A DNA stretch of 64,000 nucleotides. It comes from Candidatus Campbellbacteria bacterium. GTDB lineage: Bacteria; Patescibacteriota; Minisyncoccia; Phycocordibacterales; EsbW-18. The position numbers and the translations under genes are program-made. The stretch lies in NCBI GenBank assembly GCA_045863475.1, contig BTUR01000004.1:2628-66627 (forward strand), read 5' to 3'. The notes under the pieces were generated by a model, which saw only the letters and a program-made list of their open reading frames with translations, was not told the DNA's origin and did no database searches. Each line of letters opens with the position of its first letter. The stretch's first letter is position 1. Positions 16,330 to 26,179 of the stretch are shown piece after piece.

Positions 16330-19300
16330 ATGAAAACAAACTTCGCACACATGCTTTCAACGACAACCGCAAAGGCGCTCTCCATCGGCGTAACGCTTTT
16401 TATCGTTACACTGTCGGTGGTTGCACCTCAGACGATTGCATCGCTTGATGCACAAATCGCAGCTGACACGGACAGTGAAAAGTCCGAGAAGGCGGAGCCC
16501 CAGGAACAGGAACCTCAGGAGCAGGAGCCCACAACGACGGGAGGCGGTTCTTCAACGAAGCCGAACCCGAAAGACGAAAGTCCGGAGGTGTCGTGTGAGA
16601 CACCGACGACTGAGGAAGGATTCCGCGCCATCCGCGACAACATGGGTCGCTGGGATTGGGACCTTGAGAACGGCAGCGTGACAATCCGCAACAACGACGA
16701 GAACTGCTCATGGCCCGTTGGTTTGAAATCATTCAAAATCTACAGTGAACAGAATCCGCAAAACGGCCAAACTCGTTTCGACGAGGATTGGGCGACGCTT
16801 GCTCCCGGTGAGACACGTACGTTTCAGGTAGATGTTCCGTCATGCCGCTACCAGCTCGACGCGCTCATTTTCCCGGCGATGCCGTACACGTCTGCAAAAC
16901 TCATTCGCGGTGAAATTAATTTTGATCTCCCGGTATGTGAGCGTCAGCTGGAGCCCCCGGCGTGTCCGTTTACACCCGAAGATGGCACTGTTGTCGTTTT
17001 CTCTCAGGACAGCGGCACCTACCTCGCATCCACTCCCGCATCGCGTCACTCTATCGGTCCGATGCATGTAACGCTTCCTCCCGGCACGTACACCGTCAAG
17101 ACGTTTTCATGGGACGGCTATGTCGGCCGCGAAAACGTGATGCAGATCCACGAGCAGTGGAACGTCATGCTCCGCGACGGCGCGGGTACAACGACAGGAC
17201 TTGCCGGTCCGACGACCGATCTCGCGGATCAAGTTCGCCAGACATCTCGTATTGATACATTCATCAACGCATTCACGGCGACCGCGACGACAACGCGCAT
17301 TTTCGCGCTGCACGCATTCCCGAACGACACCTCAAGCGCAAACAGCGTCGTACCTGTCTGTGCGGCTTTCAAGCGCACAGCACTGCCGCCCGCTGATCCT
17401 GCAACGCTTACGGTTATAAAGACCGTTATCAACGACGACGGTGGCACGCGACAAGTATCAGACTTTAATCTCTACGTTGGCACACAGAATGTAACGAGTG
17501 GTGCTACAAACGAATTTGCTCCCGGCACGTACACCGTTCGCGAAGACAATCTTCCGGGTTACACAGCATCAAATTGGATGGGGGATTGTTCTGCAACGGG
17601 ACAGGTAACGCTCGCGGCTGGACAGCACAAAATCTGCCGCATCACCAACAACGACAACCCGCCCGTTCCTGCAACCATTACGCTCATCAAGACCGTTCTC
17701 AACGACGATGGTGGTACGGCAGAAGTTTCTGACTTCAATCTCTACATCGGCAACAATGCGGTGCAGAGTGGTGTTCCGATGCAAATCGGCCCCGGCACAT
17801 ACACTGCACGTGAAGACCAGCTCCCTGGCTACACGGCATCAGATTGGATGGGGGACTGTTCGGCAAACGGTTCAGTAACGGTTGCAGCCGGAGAGCACAA
17901 GATTTGCCGCATCACCAACAATGATATTCCGACTGAGCCGCAGCACGCGACACTCACCGTTATCAAGACTGTTCTCAACGATGACGGTGGTACGGCAGAA
18001 GTTTCTGATTTTAATCTGTACGTCGGCACGATGCAGGTTACTTCCGGTGCCACGAACGCGTTTAACCCGGGTACGTATACCGTTCGCGAAGACCAGCTTC
18101 CCGGCTACACGGCGTCAGACTGGATGGGCGACTGTTCAGCTGACGGAGAAGTGACGCTTGTTCTCGGAGAACACAAGATTTGTCGCATCACCAACAATGA
18201 CAATCCGTTTAACCCGGATGACGCAACACTCACGGTCATCAAGACCGTTATCAATGACGACGGTGGCACGGCGCAGGTGGAGGATTTTCACCTCTACGTC
18301 GACGAACTTCAGGTTATAAGCGGTGAAGAAAACCGTTTCGCTCCCGGTACCTATACTGTGCACGAAGCGAACCTCCCGGGGTACGTCGCATCCGCTTGGA
18401 TGGGTGACTGTTCGGCAGACGGACAAGTTACGCTTGCATCAGGACAAAATAAAATCTGCCGCATCACCAACAACGACACACCCATCACTAACGGTGAGAC
18501 AACGATTACGCTTATTAAGACGGTCATCAACGACGATGGCGGCACTGCACAGGTATCTGACTTCAATCTCTACGTCGGGAACACGCAGGTGACGAGCGGT
18601 AACGCACTGTCAGTTACACCTGGCACGTACGCGGTTCGCGAGGATAACCTTTCAGGCTACACCGCATCAGGTTGGACGGGCGACTGTTCATCTGACGGTT
18701 CGGTAACACTTGCATCAGGCGATCACAAAATCTGCCGCATCACCAACAACGACAACGCCGGTGGAGGCGGAGGCGGTGGCGGAGGCGGTGGTGGCGGCGG
18801 TAGCCGACGCCCGCGCGTGACACTCTTCTCCAACCCGGAGATCTTGGGTGCATCCATCTCGCTCTCTCAAGTTCCGTACACCGGTCTTGGCACGAGCATC
18901 CTGCAGATTATCCTCTTCCTTATCGGTCTCGTTGCAATCGCAGGCGGGGTTACCTACATGCTCCTTCGCCGCCGATTCCCGGCAGCGGGAATTGAAATCC
19001 CGATGGAGCACGCGCCGATTCTTAAAGCACAAACACACACAACACCGGCACCGCGTGTTGCATACGACGACCTTGACGTTGCCGTTGCAGACGAAGGACA
19101 AGACGAGCTTGCGGTGTACGGTGAATATGAACACGCATTTGTTGTGGAAGAGACTCCTCGAACATCTATGCAGGTTCCGACGAATCTCCCGGTTGCGCCG
19201 GTAGCGGTTGCCAGTGTGGTACGTCAGTCGCCGGCAGCTCGCATGGTGCAAGAACACCGTGAAGAGAAACGACAGGTAGCGGTATCACTTGGTAAACTCC

Positions 19301-19890
19301 AGAATGCGGCACGCGCATCACAGTCCATTATTTCAGAAGACGGTCTGAAGCTTGTCATTGCATCTGCTGAAGGCAACGAACAGAAAGCGCTTGAACGCCT
19401 CACGGCAGTTATTGAAGTGGCCAAGACGCGCTACCCGCGCGAAGACGGCTGGCTCGTGCTTGATGCAACACGCATCCGCGAATCACTCTTTATCTCGATT
19501 CTCTCAACAGTCCCGCTTTTCATTGAATGGATTGTTCGTGGAGAAGACCGCAACATCTTCAGCTTCCTGCGCATGCTTAAGTCACAGAACCAGCCGGTTG
19601 CAGACTTCATCCGTAAGGTCGTTGCAGAGCTCGACAATGCGCACCGCGCACGCCTCGAAGGGGCAAGCGACGTGACCGTTGACCCGCATGTTGCCGAGGT
19701 AACGTACCATCTCTCAAATCGTGATTTGGAGATGATCGTCTCGGAGCTGCTCTCAGGTGTTGACGAACGATATGACTCCGCCTTTACGTCCGTTCGCCTC
19801 GCTTTGGTTCGCGTGCTCGATATCGTCAAAGCAAACCACATGACGCGTATTGGGGGCACCTACGCCTTCCAGGAGGGCTCGGAGGCCTAA
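16330..19890 (+). CDS. large cell-surface protein (1186 aa): signal peptide, five tandem roughly 93-aa prealbumin/Cna-B-like repeats, a Gly14 linker, a sorting-signal-like segment (VPYTG, TM, RRRF), then a roughly 320-aa C-terminal domain
   Basis: N-terminal hydrophobic signal. Repeats 'TLTVIKTV(I/L)NDDGGTAxVSDFNLYVG...PGTYTVREDxLPGYTASxWMGDCSxDGxVTLxxGxHKICRITNND' occur five times. GGGGGGGGGGGGGG. Then SLSQVPYTGLGTSILQIILFLIGLVAIAGGVTYMLLRRRF. Adjacent to the sortase gene. Confidence 0.75.
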   Translation: MKTNFAHMLSTTTAKALSIGVTLFIVTLSVVAPQTIASLDAQIAADTDSEKSEKAEPQEQEPQEQEPTTTGGGSSTKPNPKDESPEVSCETPTTEEGFRAIRDNMGRWDWDLENGSVTIRNNDENCSWPVGLKSFKIYSEQNPQNGQTRFDEDWATLAPGETRTFQVDVPSCRYQLDALIFPAMPYTSAKLIRGEINFDLPVCERQLEPPACPFTPEDGTVVVFSQDSGTYLASTPASRHSIGPMHVTLPPGTYTVKTFSWDGYVGRENVMQIHEQWNVMLRDGAGTTTGLAGPTTDLADQVRQTSRIDTFINAFTATATTTRIFALHAFPNDTSSANSVVPVCAAFKRTALPPADPATLTVIKTVINDDGGTRQVSDFNLYVGTQNVTSGATNEFAPGTYTVREDNLPGYTASNWMGDCSATGQVTLAAGQHKICRITNNDNPPVPATITLIKTVLNDDGGTAEVSDFNLYIGNNAVQSGVPMQIGPGTYTAREDQLPGYTASDWMGDCSANGSVTVAAGEHKICRITNNDIPTEPQHATLTVIKTVLNDDGGTAEVSDFNLYVGTMQVTSGATNAFNPGTYTVREDQLPGYTASDWMGDCSADGEVTLVLGEHKICRITNNDNPFNPDDATLTVIKTVINDDGGTAQVEDFHLYVDELQVISGEENRFAPGTYTVHEANLPGYVASAWMGDCSADGQVTLASGQNKICRITNNDTPITNGETTITLIKTVINDDGGTAQVSDFNLYVGNTQVTSGNALSVTPGTYAVREDNLSGYTASGWTGDCSSDGSVTLASGDHKICRITNNDNAGGGGGGGGGGGGGGSRRPRVTLFSNPEILGASISLSQVPYTGLGTSILQIILFLIGLVAIAGGVTYMLLRRRFPAAGIEIPMEHAPILKAQTHTTPAPRVAYDDLDVAVADEGQDELAVYGEYEHAFVVEETPRTSMQVPTNLPVAPVAVASVVRQSPAARMVQEHREEKRQVAVSLGKLQNAARASQSIISEDGLKLVIASAEGNEQKALERLTAVIEVAKTRYPREDGWLVLDATRIRESLFISILSTVPLFIEWIVRGEDRNIFSFLRMLKSQNQPVADFIRKVVAELDNAHRARLEGASDVTVDPHVAEVTYHLSNRDLEMIVSELLSGVDERYDSAFTSVRLALVRVLDIVKANHMTRIGGTYAFQEGSEA
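17390..18790 (+). repeat. Five tandem roughly 280-bp coding repeats (the prealbumin-like repeats of the surface protein)
   Basis: Repeats are evident in both protein and nucleotide sequence (recurring acgcttacggt.ataaagaccgtt.tcaacgacgatggtgg..). Confidence 0.7.
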
Positions 19891-19904
19891 ATTGACACAA
19901 TATT

Positions 19905-19945
19905 AAAAAATACGCCCCGCCGGAAACGGCGGGGCGTATTTTGTC
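19905..19945. terminator. rho-independent terminator after the surface-protein gene
   Basis: acgccccgccg-gaaa-cggcggggcgt followed by attttgt. Confidence 0.65.
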
Positions 19946-19956
19946 GCCGGACCTTC

Positions 19957-20295
19957 ATGTGGTATGATACGCCCGTTATTTGGCGTCGTTATGAGGTCGT
20001 AAGACATCAGATGCCGCCCGTTATCAGTGATAATTTCTTGGACATGTTAAACCGACAAAAAGGTGGCGCAGGTGTGACGATTCTCATTATCGTCGTACTC
20101 CTCATCCTTGCTGGCGTTCTCTTCTACACCAACAAGCAGGATGACGCAACTCCGATCGAAGACGCAGTCTCAGGCGACGAAACGGCAACAGACACGCCGG
20201 CAGTCGAGGGAGCAAGCGCAACGATTGAGGTTGGCACGGAAGCTGAAGCTTCTACTGAAGTTGCAGCCGAAGAAGGAACAGAAGCTACCAACTAA
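19957..20295 (+). CDS. small membrane protein with an acidic Thr/Glu/Ala-rich tail (start may be an internal Met near 20046)
   Basis: One TM helix (VTILIIVVLLILAGVLFY) followed by a low-complexity acidic tail. Confidence 0.35.
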   Translation: MWYDTPVIWRRYEVVRHQMPPVISDNFLDMLNRQKGGAGVTILIIVVLLILAGVLFYTNKQDDATPIEDAVSGDETATDTPAVEGASATIEVGTEAEASTEVAAEEGTEATN

Positions 20296-20403
20296 CATCT
20301 CGTGCAGATGTATGAAAATCGTCCCGGTGTAACCGGGACGATTTTCTTTATTACGCGAACGGTTCTGGAAGTGCAGCCGCTTTCCGCGTATACTACGCCT
20401 GCT

Positions 20404-21498
20404 ATGTCACTTTCGCTAGGTATCGTCGGTCTGCCAAACGTGGGGAAATCCACGCTTTTTAACGCACTCACCAAACAATCGGTTCCGGCAGCGAACTATC
20501 CGTTTTGTACGATTGACCCGTCGGTGGGTATCGTGCGCGTTCCTGACGAGAGGCTTGATGCGCTCACAAAACTTTCAAAATCACAGCAAACCATTCCCGC
20601 GGCGGTACAATTTGTCGATATCGCGGGACTGGTCGCGGGTGCATCGGAAGGACAAGGACTCGGCAACCAGTTTCTTTCGCACATTCGTGAAGTGGATGCG
20701 ATTGCGCAGGTCGTCCGCATCTTTGAAGACGCGGACATTCTCCATGTGTCGGGTTCCATTGACCCGGTGCGCGACATTGAGGTTATCAATCTCGAACTCA
20801 TCCTTGCTGACTTACAGGCGGTGACGAAGCGCCTTTCTTCCGTTGAAAAAGAAGTACGCGCGGGTGACAAACACGCAAAGAGTGAACAATCGGGACTGAC
20901 AAAAGTAAAAGAGATGCTTGAGTCGAGCTCGTTTGCGTCGCGCGCGCAGTTGACCGACGAAGAGGCACTTGAAGTGCGGAAACTCACGCTCCTGACAATG
21001 AAAAAAATGCTCTATGTGCTTAACACCAAGTCAGGCGGACAGAACTTGGACGAAATCCGCGACGCACGCTGGGATGCGCTCATGGCGTTTTTTGAGAAAG
21101 AGCAGGCGGAGTACGTTGTGGTGGACGCAAACACGGAAGGGGAGCTCAATGCGCTTGATGTTGCGGAGCGCGCATCACTGCGCGAGGAGTTGCATGTGCG
21201 CGGAGGCATTGATGATCTCATCATTGCCGGCTACCGACTGCTTGATTTGATTACGTTTTTAACGACCGGCGAGAAAGAAACGCGTGCATGGACGACACAT
21301 CGAGGGGCCACTGCGCCCCAGGCAGGTGCGTCCATTCACACGGACTTTGAACATAAATTTATCCGCGCTGAGGTGGTGTTCTGGAAAGACCTCGTTGATG
21401 CGGGCTCGTATGCTGTTGCGCGAGAGAAAGGATTGGTGCGTACTGAAGGGAAAGAATACATCGTGAAAGACGGCGACGTCATTGAATTTAAAATCTAG
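20404..21498 (+). CDS. ychF: ribosome-binding ATPase YchF (Obg-family GTPase)
   Basis: G1 motif GIVGLPNVGKSTLFNAL and ANYPFCTIDP. The length (364 aa) and C-terminal TGS-like domain fit YchF. ATG at 20404; the ORF-track start is upstream. Confidence 0.9.
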   Translation: MSLSLGIVGLPNVGKSTLFNALTKQSVPAANYPFCTIDPSVGIVRVPDERLDALTKLSKSQQTIPAAVQFVDIAGLVAGASEGQGLGNQFLSHIREVDAIAQVVRIFEDADILHVSGSIDPVRDIEVINLELILADLQAVTKRLSSVEKEVRAGDKHAKSEQSGLTKVKEMLESSSFASRAQLTDEEALEVRKLTLLTMKKMLYVLNTKSGGQNLDEIRDARWDALMAFFEKEQAEYVVVDANTEGELNALDVAERASLREELHVRGGIDDLIIAGYRLLDLITFLTTGEKETRAWTTHRGATAPQAGASIHTDFEHKFIRAEVVFWKDLVDAGSYAVAREKGLVRTEGKEYIVKDGDVIEFKI

Positions 21499-21621
21499 GC
21501 ATAAGCGCCTACTCCATCCGAATCTTCAATTTTTTCCGAGAGTTCACAAAACTTTTCTGCAACTCTTGACTCGCCATTGTCTTGTTGTAGTGTGTTAGTG
21601 GACTGGAAAAAGGAGGTAGGT

Positions 21622-22056
21622 ATGAACGACACAATTTCAAGACAGTTTGTGGCTGTGAGAGCCGTCCTTGTTCACGACGGCAAGCTTCTTTTGATTCGAG
21701 AATCTGCAAGGTATGAAGGAGGAACCAACACGGGAAAGTACGATTTCCCGGGAGGTAAGGTTAAGGTCGGGGAATCTTTCACCGATGCTATTCAACGGGA
21801 ATCAGAAGAAGAGATCGGTGTACGTGTCGAAATTGGCCAACCTTTCTATGTTGGTGAGTGGCGGCCGACTATCCGTGGAGAACAGGTTCAAATTGTCGGA
21901 ATCTTTTTCCTGTGTAAGCCCGCTTCCCTTGACGTAAAACTGGGCGCTGATCACGACGAACATGTCTGGGTCACTGTGTCCGAAGCTAAAAGGATGCCCC
22001 TTATCAAAGAGACGGGTGAGGCAATTGATTCACTTTTGCGGCAAAAACTACTGTAG
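21622..22056 (+). CDS. NUDIX hydrolase
   Basis: Nudix box GGKVKVGESFTDAIQRESEEEIGV. AGGAGGT RBS 8 nt upstream of the ATG at 21622. Confidence 0.8.
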   Translation: MNDTISRQFVAVRAVLVHDGKLLLIRESARYEGGTNTGKYDFPGGKVKVGESFTDAIQRESEEEIGVRVEIGQPFYVGEWRPTIRGEQVQIVGIFFLCKPASLDVKLGADHDEHVWVTVSEAKRMPLIKETGEAIDSLLRQKLL

Positions 22057-22079
22057 GGATACAGTAGTTTTTACTTTTT

Positions 22080-22650
22080 ACGTAAAAAATTACAAAGGAA
22101 AGGGGCGCCGACTCGCTTGGAGTAACGGCGCCCGGGTGGGTTACCCGAAGGTCCCGTGGTTAATCGTCGCAGGGGGCAATATGCCTGGTTTCGCGCAGAG
22201 CGCTCAAATCGCAGGGACACTGGCCGCTCGACGAAACCTCCGTACCGAGGGATAGAGCCCGACCGATCTATAGACCGATCTCTGGGTGCTACTTGGTGCA
22301 TCGCTGTTTGTGGGCGGGGGGTAGTGGAAGTTACCCTCGCGCCGTCTTTTCTCTGCCCCGTAGGGCGGGTTACCGAGTACCGCTTCTCGTGCAGACTCTC
22401 ATCTGCAGCGATTCCCTCCAAGGGTCCGGTTTCTCGGTGCGGGAGATGGCATCTCCCACTCTTCTTTTCTCTCTTCCTTCTGTCGTGGGGGTTGGCTGCC
22501 ACGCTTTTTAGGGCGGGGGCCGTGCGAGCATAGCGCTCCTCCGTGGGGATACGAAGATGGGGAGTAGAAGAACAGCGACAAAGAACAATCCCCTGAGAAA
22601 CCCCGTTTTTCAACGGCGTTTTGCAGGTGCTGACGATACTACTCTCCGTT
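22080..22650. ncRNA. GC-rich, roughly 570-nt non-coding region with extensive hairpin potential; probable structured RNA of unassigned class; strand undetermined
   Basis: Both strands are tiled by overlapping Arg/Pro/Gly-rich junk ORFs. GC content is clearly higher than in flanking genes. Hairpins include gggcgccg...cggcgccc. No T-arm (GGTTCGA.TCC) is present, so it is neither tRNA-like nor tmRNA. RNase P RNA is already located elsewhere in the window. Confidence 0.35.
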
Positions 22651-22712
22651 CAAAATACTGTCAAGCATTGTGTGGTGGTATACTGGGTACATACCAATAA
22701 CCTTAATTTCGT

Positions 22713-23645
22713 ATGGAAACTCAACTTGAGAAACCGAAGATGACGCCGAAGGACTTCTTTTTGTACCTCGGCGTTGCTGTGTCGCTCTATGCGTCGGCAG
22801 GTGCACTGCTTGCACTTTTGTTCAGCATCATAAATATTGCACTTCCTGACCCGCTCAATCCGTACTATGCCGCGACATGGGCAAGCAGCGGTATGCGCTT
22901 TGCCATTTCAACACTGCTCGTCGCGTTTCCGGTCTATCTCGCCATCTCATGGCTCATCCGGAAAGATATTGCGGGTAACGTTGCGAAGTACCAACTTTCC
23001 GTGCGTAAGTGGTTCATTTACTTCACGCTCTTTATCGCCGGTGCGGCTATCGCAGGAGACCTCATCGCGTTGGTAAACACGTACCTAAACGGTGAAATTT
23101 CCGCACGCTTCATCTGGAAGATGTTTGCAGTGTTTGGTGTTGCGGGTGTTATCTTTGCCTACTATTTCTACGACATTAAACGTGCGGCAGCGGGAAACAC
23201 GAAGACAAATACAACACTCATTATTGTTGCCGCGGCAGGTGTGCTGGCTGCCGTTATCGCAGGGTTCTCAGTTGCCGGTTCGCCAGGGGAGATTCGCGAA
23301 TTGCGCTTTGATGAGCTGCGCATTGCCGACCTCCAGAGCATTCAGTGGCAGGTAACTGAGTACTATCAGCGTCATAAAACCCTCCCCGCAGATCTCGGCG
23401 CACTCCAAGACGACATCTCAGGCTACCGAGCACCGGTTGATCCTAAAACGGGTGAGGCGTACGAATACGCAGTGAAGAGTCAGCAGACACTGACGTTTGA
23501 GTTGTGCGCGACGTTTGGTGCATCCACCATCGATGCGACGAGCTCATACGCGGAACCGTCAGGAGAGACGTTCCGACACGAAGCCGGTCGCGTGTGCTTT
23601 ACGCGGACCATTGACCCCCTGGCGTATCCGATTCTGAAGCAGTAG
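22713..23645 (+). CDS. membrane protein (N-terminal multi-TM domain, C-terminal soluble domain)
   Basis: Five to six predicted TM helices, then a hydrophilic C-terminal domain. No catalytic motif. Confidence 0.55.
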   Translation: METQLEKPKMTPKDFFLYLGVAVSLYASAGALLALLFSIINIALPDPLNPYYAATWASSGMRFAISTLLVAFPVYLAISWLIRKDIAGNVAKYQLSVRKWFIYFTLFIAGAAIAGDLIALVNTYLNGEISARFIWKMFAVFGVAGVIFAYYFYDIKRAAAGNTKTNTTLIIVAAAGVLAAVIAGFSVAGSPGEIRELRFDELRIADLQSIQWQVTEYYQRHKTLPADLGALQDDISGYRAPVDPKTGEAYEYAVKSQQTLTFELCATFGASTIDATSSYAEPSGETFRHEAGRVCFTRTIDPLAYPILKQ

Positions 23646-23725
23646 CAGAGTATGCGCCGCCCCGTCCTCAAAAAGAGGGCGGGGCGGTTTTCGTATCTGT
23701 GCCGTGTGGTGTAGTATGTCCTCAC

Positions 23726-26119
23726 ATGGAAGGGTATGACCACAAACAGATAGAGCAGAAGTGGCGCGCACAGTGGGAAAAAGACGAACCGTGGCGCGCA
23801 CGGGACAACAGCGAGAAACCGAAATATTACACACTTGTTGAATTCCCGTATCCGTCAGGCAATCTCCACGTCGGACACTGGTACGCGTTTTCGGTACCGG
23901 ACATTTTTGCACGCTACCAGCGCATGAAAGGATTCAATGTGCTGTATCCGATGGGATTTGATGCGTTCGGGTTGCCGGCGGAGAACGCGGCTATCAAGCA
24001 CAAACTCAACCCGAGGGAGTGGACGCTTTCAAATATTGAGTACATGCGCAATCAACTGCGTTCTATGGGTGCGACATTTGATTGGTCGCGCGAAGTCGTT
24101 ACCTGCGACCCGTCGTACTATCGCTGGACGCAGTGGCTCTTCACGCAGTTTTTCAAAAAAGGACTCGCGTATCAGAAAGAAACGGAAGTAAACTGGTGTC
24201 CGTCATGCAAGACGGTGCTGGCGAATGAGCAGGTTGTCGCGGGGAAGTGCGAGCGCTGTAACACCGAGGTAGAGAAGCGCTCCATGCGTCAATGGAACCT
24301 CAAGATTACCGACTACGCGCCGCGGTTGCTGAAAGATCTCGAAACTGTTTCATATCCGGAACCTATCAAAGAAGCGCAACGCAACTGGATAGGAGAGTCG
24401 CACGGCGCGGAGTTGCACTTCAAGATTACAAATGCAGATGAAGTCATCACGGTGTTTACAACACGACCCGATACGCTTTTTGGCGCAACGTATGTAGTGC
24501 TCTCTCCCGAGCATGAGCTTGTCGAGAAACTTTCTTCCCGAATCACCAATATCGACACAGTACGCGCGTATGCGAAAGAAGCGTCTAAGAAAGCTGAGAT
24601 TGACCGTATTGCCGAAGGAAGGGAAAAAACAGGCGTGCGTCTTGAGGGTGTTATGGCACTAAACCCCGGAAACGGCGAGGAGATTCCGATATTCATTGCC
24701 GACTACGTGCTCTCCACATACGGCACTGGTGCCATCATGGCGGTTCCAGCACATGACGAGCGCGACCATGCGTTTGCTACAAAATTTGATTTGCCGATTA
24801 TCGAGGTTGTACACGGCGGCAAGGGAGAATTGTTTGAGGGTGACGGACCACTCACGAACTCAGGTGAGTTCACTGGTATGAACAGTGTTGAGGCGCGCGA
24901 AAAAATTACACAGCACGTCGGTGGTGAAATGAAGACGACATACCGTATGCGTGACTGGATTGTGTCGCGTCAGCGATATTGGGGATGTCCGATTCCCGTT
25001 ATTCACTGCAATACGTGCGGGCCAGTTGTCGTTCCTGAACAAGACCTTCCCGTTGTACTTCCGGAGATTGATGACTATCTGCCGACAGGGGACGGAAAGT
25101 CGCCGCTGGCAAAAGCGTCCGACTGGGTGAAAACAAAATGTCCGAACTGCGGCGGGGACGCATCACGCGAAACCGATACACTCGATACGTTCATCGACTC
25201 GTCGTGGTACTTTCTGCGATACACCGACCCGCACAATGAAAAAGAATTCGCATCAAAGGAAAAACAGGACATGTGGATGCCGGTGGACTTTTACTCCGGC
25301 GGCGCGGAACACACGACGATGCACCTGTTGTACTCGCGGTTCTTCCACAAAGTGCTCTTTGACCTCGGACTTGTATCTGAACCCGAGCCGTATCAACACC
25401 GCATGAACCGCGGGCTTATCCTGGGACCCGACGGCAACAAGATGAGTAAGTCACGCGGTAACGTCGTTGACCCGGATGAATACGTGCGCAACCTCGGTGC
25501 TGACACTGTGCGCATGTATCTTGCGTTCATCGGTCCGTACAACGAGGTCGGTTCGTATCCGTGGAACCCGGATTCCATTGTCGGTGTCCGTCGATTTCTT
25601 GAGCGTATCGTCAAACTTTCAGAGCGTCTTGGAGAAGGCGCGTTATCCGACGACGCGCACCGCGTTTTACACGAGACGGTCAAAAAGGTGGGGGAGGAGA
25701 TTGAAAGCTTCAAATTCAATACCGCGGTGTCGGCGTTTATGATTTGCCTGAATACCCTTGAGAAGGAAAAAAACGTTCCGAAGGGGGCATTTGAGATGCT
25801 TCTGAAGACGCTCGCACCCTTTGTTCCGTTCCTCACCGAGGAGCTCTGGGAACGCCTCGGATACCCGGGGTCTGTCCACCAAGAGGCCTGGCCGGCGTAT
25901 GACCCGCAAGCGCTTGTCAAAAAAGAGATATATGTTATAATCCAAGTCGACGGTAAGGTTCGGGGTAAGGTTTCGACCTACCCGGGGGCTACCCAAGACG
26001 AGATTTTGTCCTTGGTATATAAGGACGAAAAGGTCGTGGGGTACCTCGGAGGCAGGGAGCCGGAACGGGTGGTTTTTGTCCCCGATCGGCTGATAAGCTT
26101 CGTGATGCCGAAATCTTGA
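23726..26119 (+). CDS. leuS: leucine--tRNA ligase
   Basis: HIGH-region context (PYPSGNLHVGHWYAF), KMSKS (KMSKSRGNVVDP), and the LeuS-specific N-terminus (HKQIEQKWRAQWEKDEPW). The ORF-track start at 23699 is a GTG; ATG at 23726. Confidence 0.92.
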   Translation: MEGYDHKQIEQKWRAQWEKDEPWRARDNSEKPKYYTLVEFPYPSGNLHVGHWYAFSVPDIFARYQRMKGFNVLYPMGFDAFGLPAENAAIKHKLNPREWTLSNIEYMRNQLRSMGATFDWSREVVTCDPSYYRWTQWLFTQFFKKGLAYQKETEVNWCPSCKTVLANEQVVAGKCERCNTEVEKRSMRQWNLKITDYAPRLLKDLETVSYPEPIKEAQRNWIGESHGAELHFKITNADEVITVFTTRPDTLFGATYVVLSPEHELVEKLSSRITNIDTVRAYAKEASKKAEIDRIAEGREKTGVRLEGVMALNPGNGEEIPIFIADYVLSTYGTGAIMAVPAHDERDHAFATKFDLPIIEVVHGGKGELFEGDGPLTNSGEFTGMNSVEAREKITQHVGGEMKTTYRMRDWIVSRQRYWGCPIPVIHCNTCGPVVVPEQDLPVVLPEIDDYLPTGDGKSPLAKASDWVKTKCPNCGGDASRETDTLDTFIDSSWYFLRYTDPHNEKEFASKEKQDMWMPVDFYSGGAEHTTMHLLYSRFFHKVLFDLGLVSEPEPYQHRMNRGLILGPDGNKMSKSRGNVVDPDEYVRNLGADTVRMYLAFIGPYNEVGSYPWNPDSIVGVRRFLERIVKLSERLGEGALSDDAHRVLHETVKKVGEEIESFKFNTAVSAFMICLNTLEKEKNVPKGAFEMLLKTLAPFVPFLTEELWERLGYPGSVHQEAWPAYDPQALVKKEIYVIIQVDGKVRGKVSTYPGATQDEILSLVYKDEKVVGYLGGREPERVVFVPDRLISFVMPKS

Positions 26120-26179
26120 CGTTAATTCTATATAGTGATAGACTGATAGCCGAATCAACCTTCTAATACAGCCTCTGGT

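Noticed and set aside
18760-18810. Run of about 42 G/C-rich nucleotides encoding Gly14, as a possible frameshift or slippage site
   Set aside because: The reading frame is continuous and the downstream sorting-signal-like segment is in frame. It is interpreted as a genuine Gly linker; homopolymeric slippage cannot be excluded without reads.
22071-22613. 180-aa minus-strand ORF and several overlapping ORFs across 22071-22613
   Set aside because: Arg/Pro/Gly-rich low-complexity translations on both strands of a GC-rich block. Interpreted as a non-coding, probably structured-RNA, region.
22080-22650. tmRNA (ssrA) or RNase P RNA as the identity of the GC-rich block
   Set aside because: No tRNA-like T-arm or acceptor (GGTTCGA.TCC...CCA) on either strand and no tag reading frame ending in ..AA-stop. 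RNase P RNA P4 motifs are absent here and are found instead at 49393-49830.
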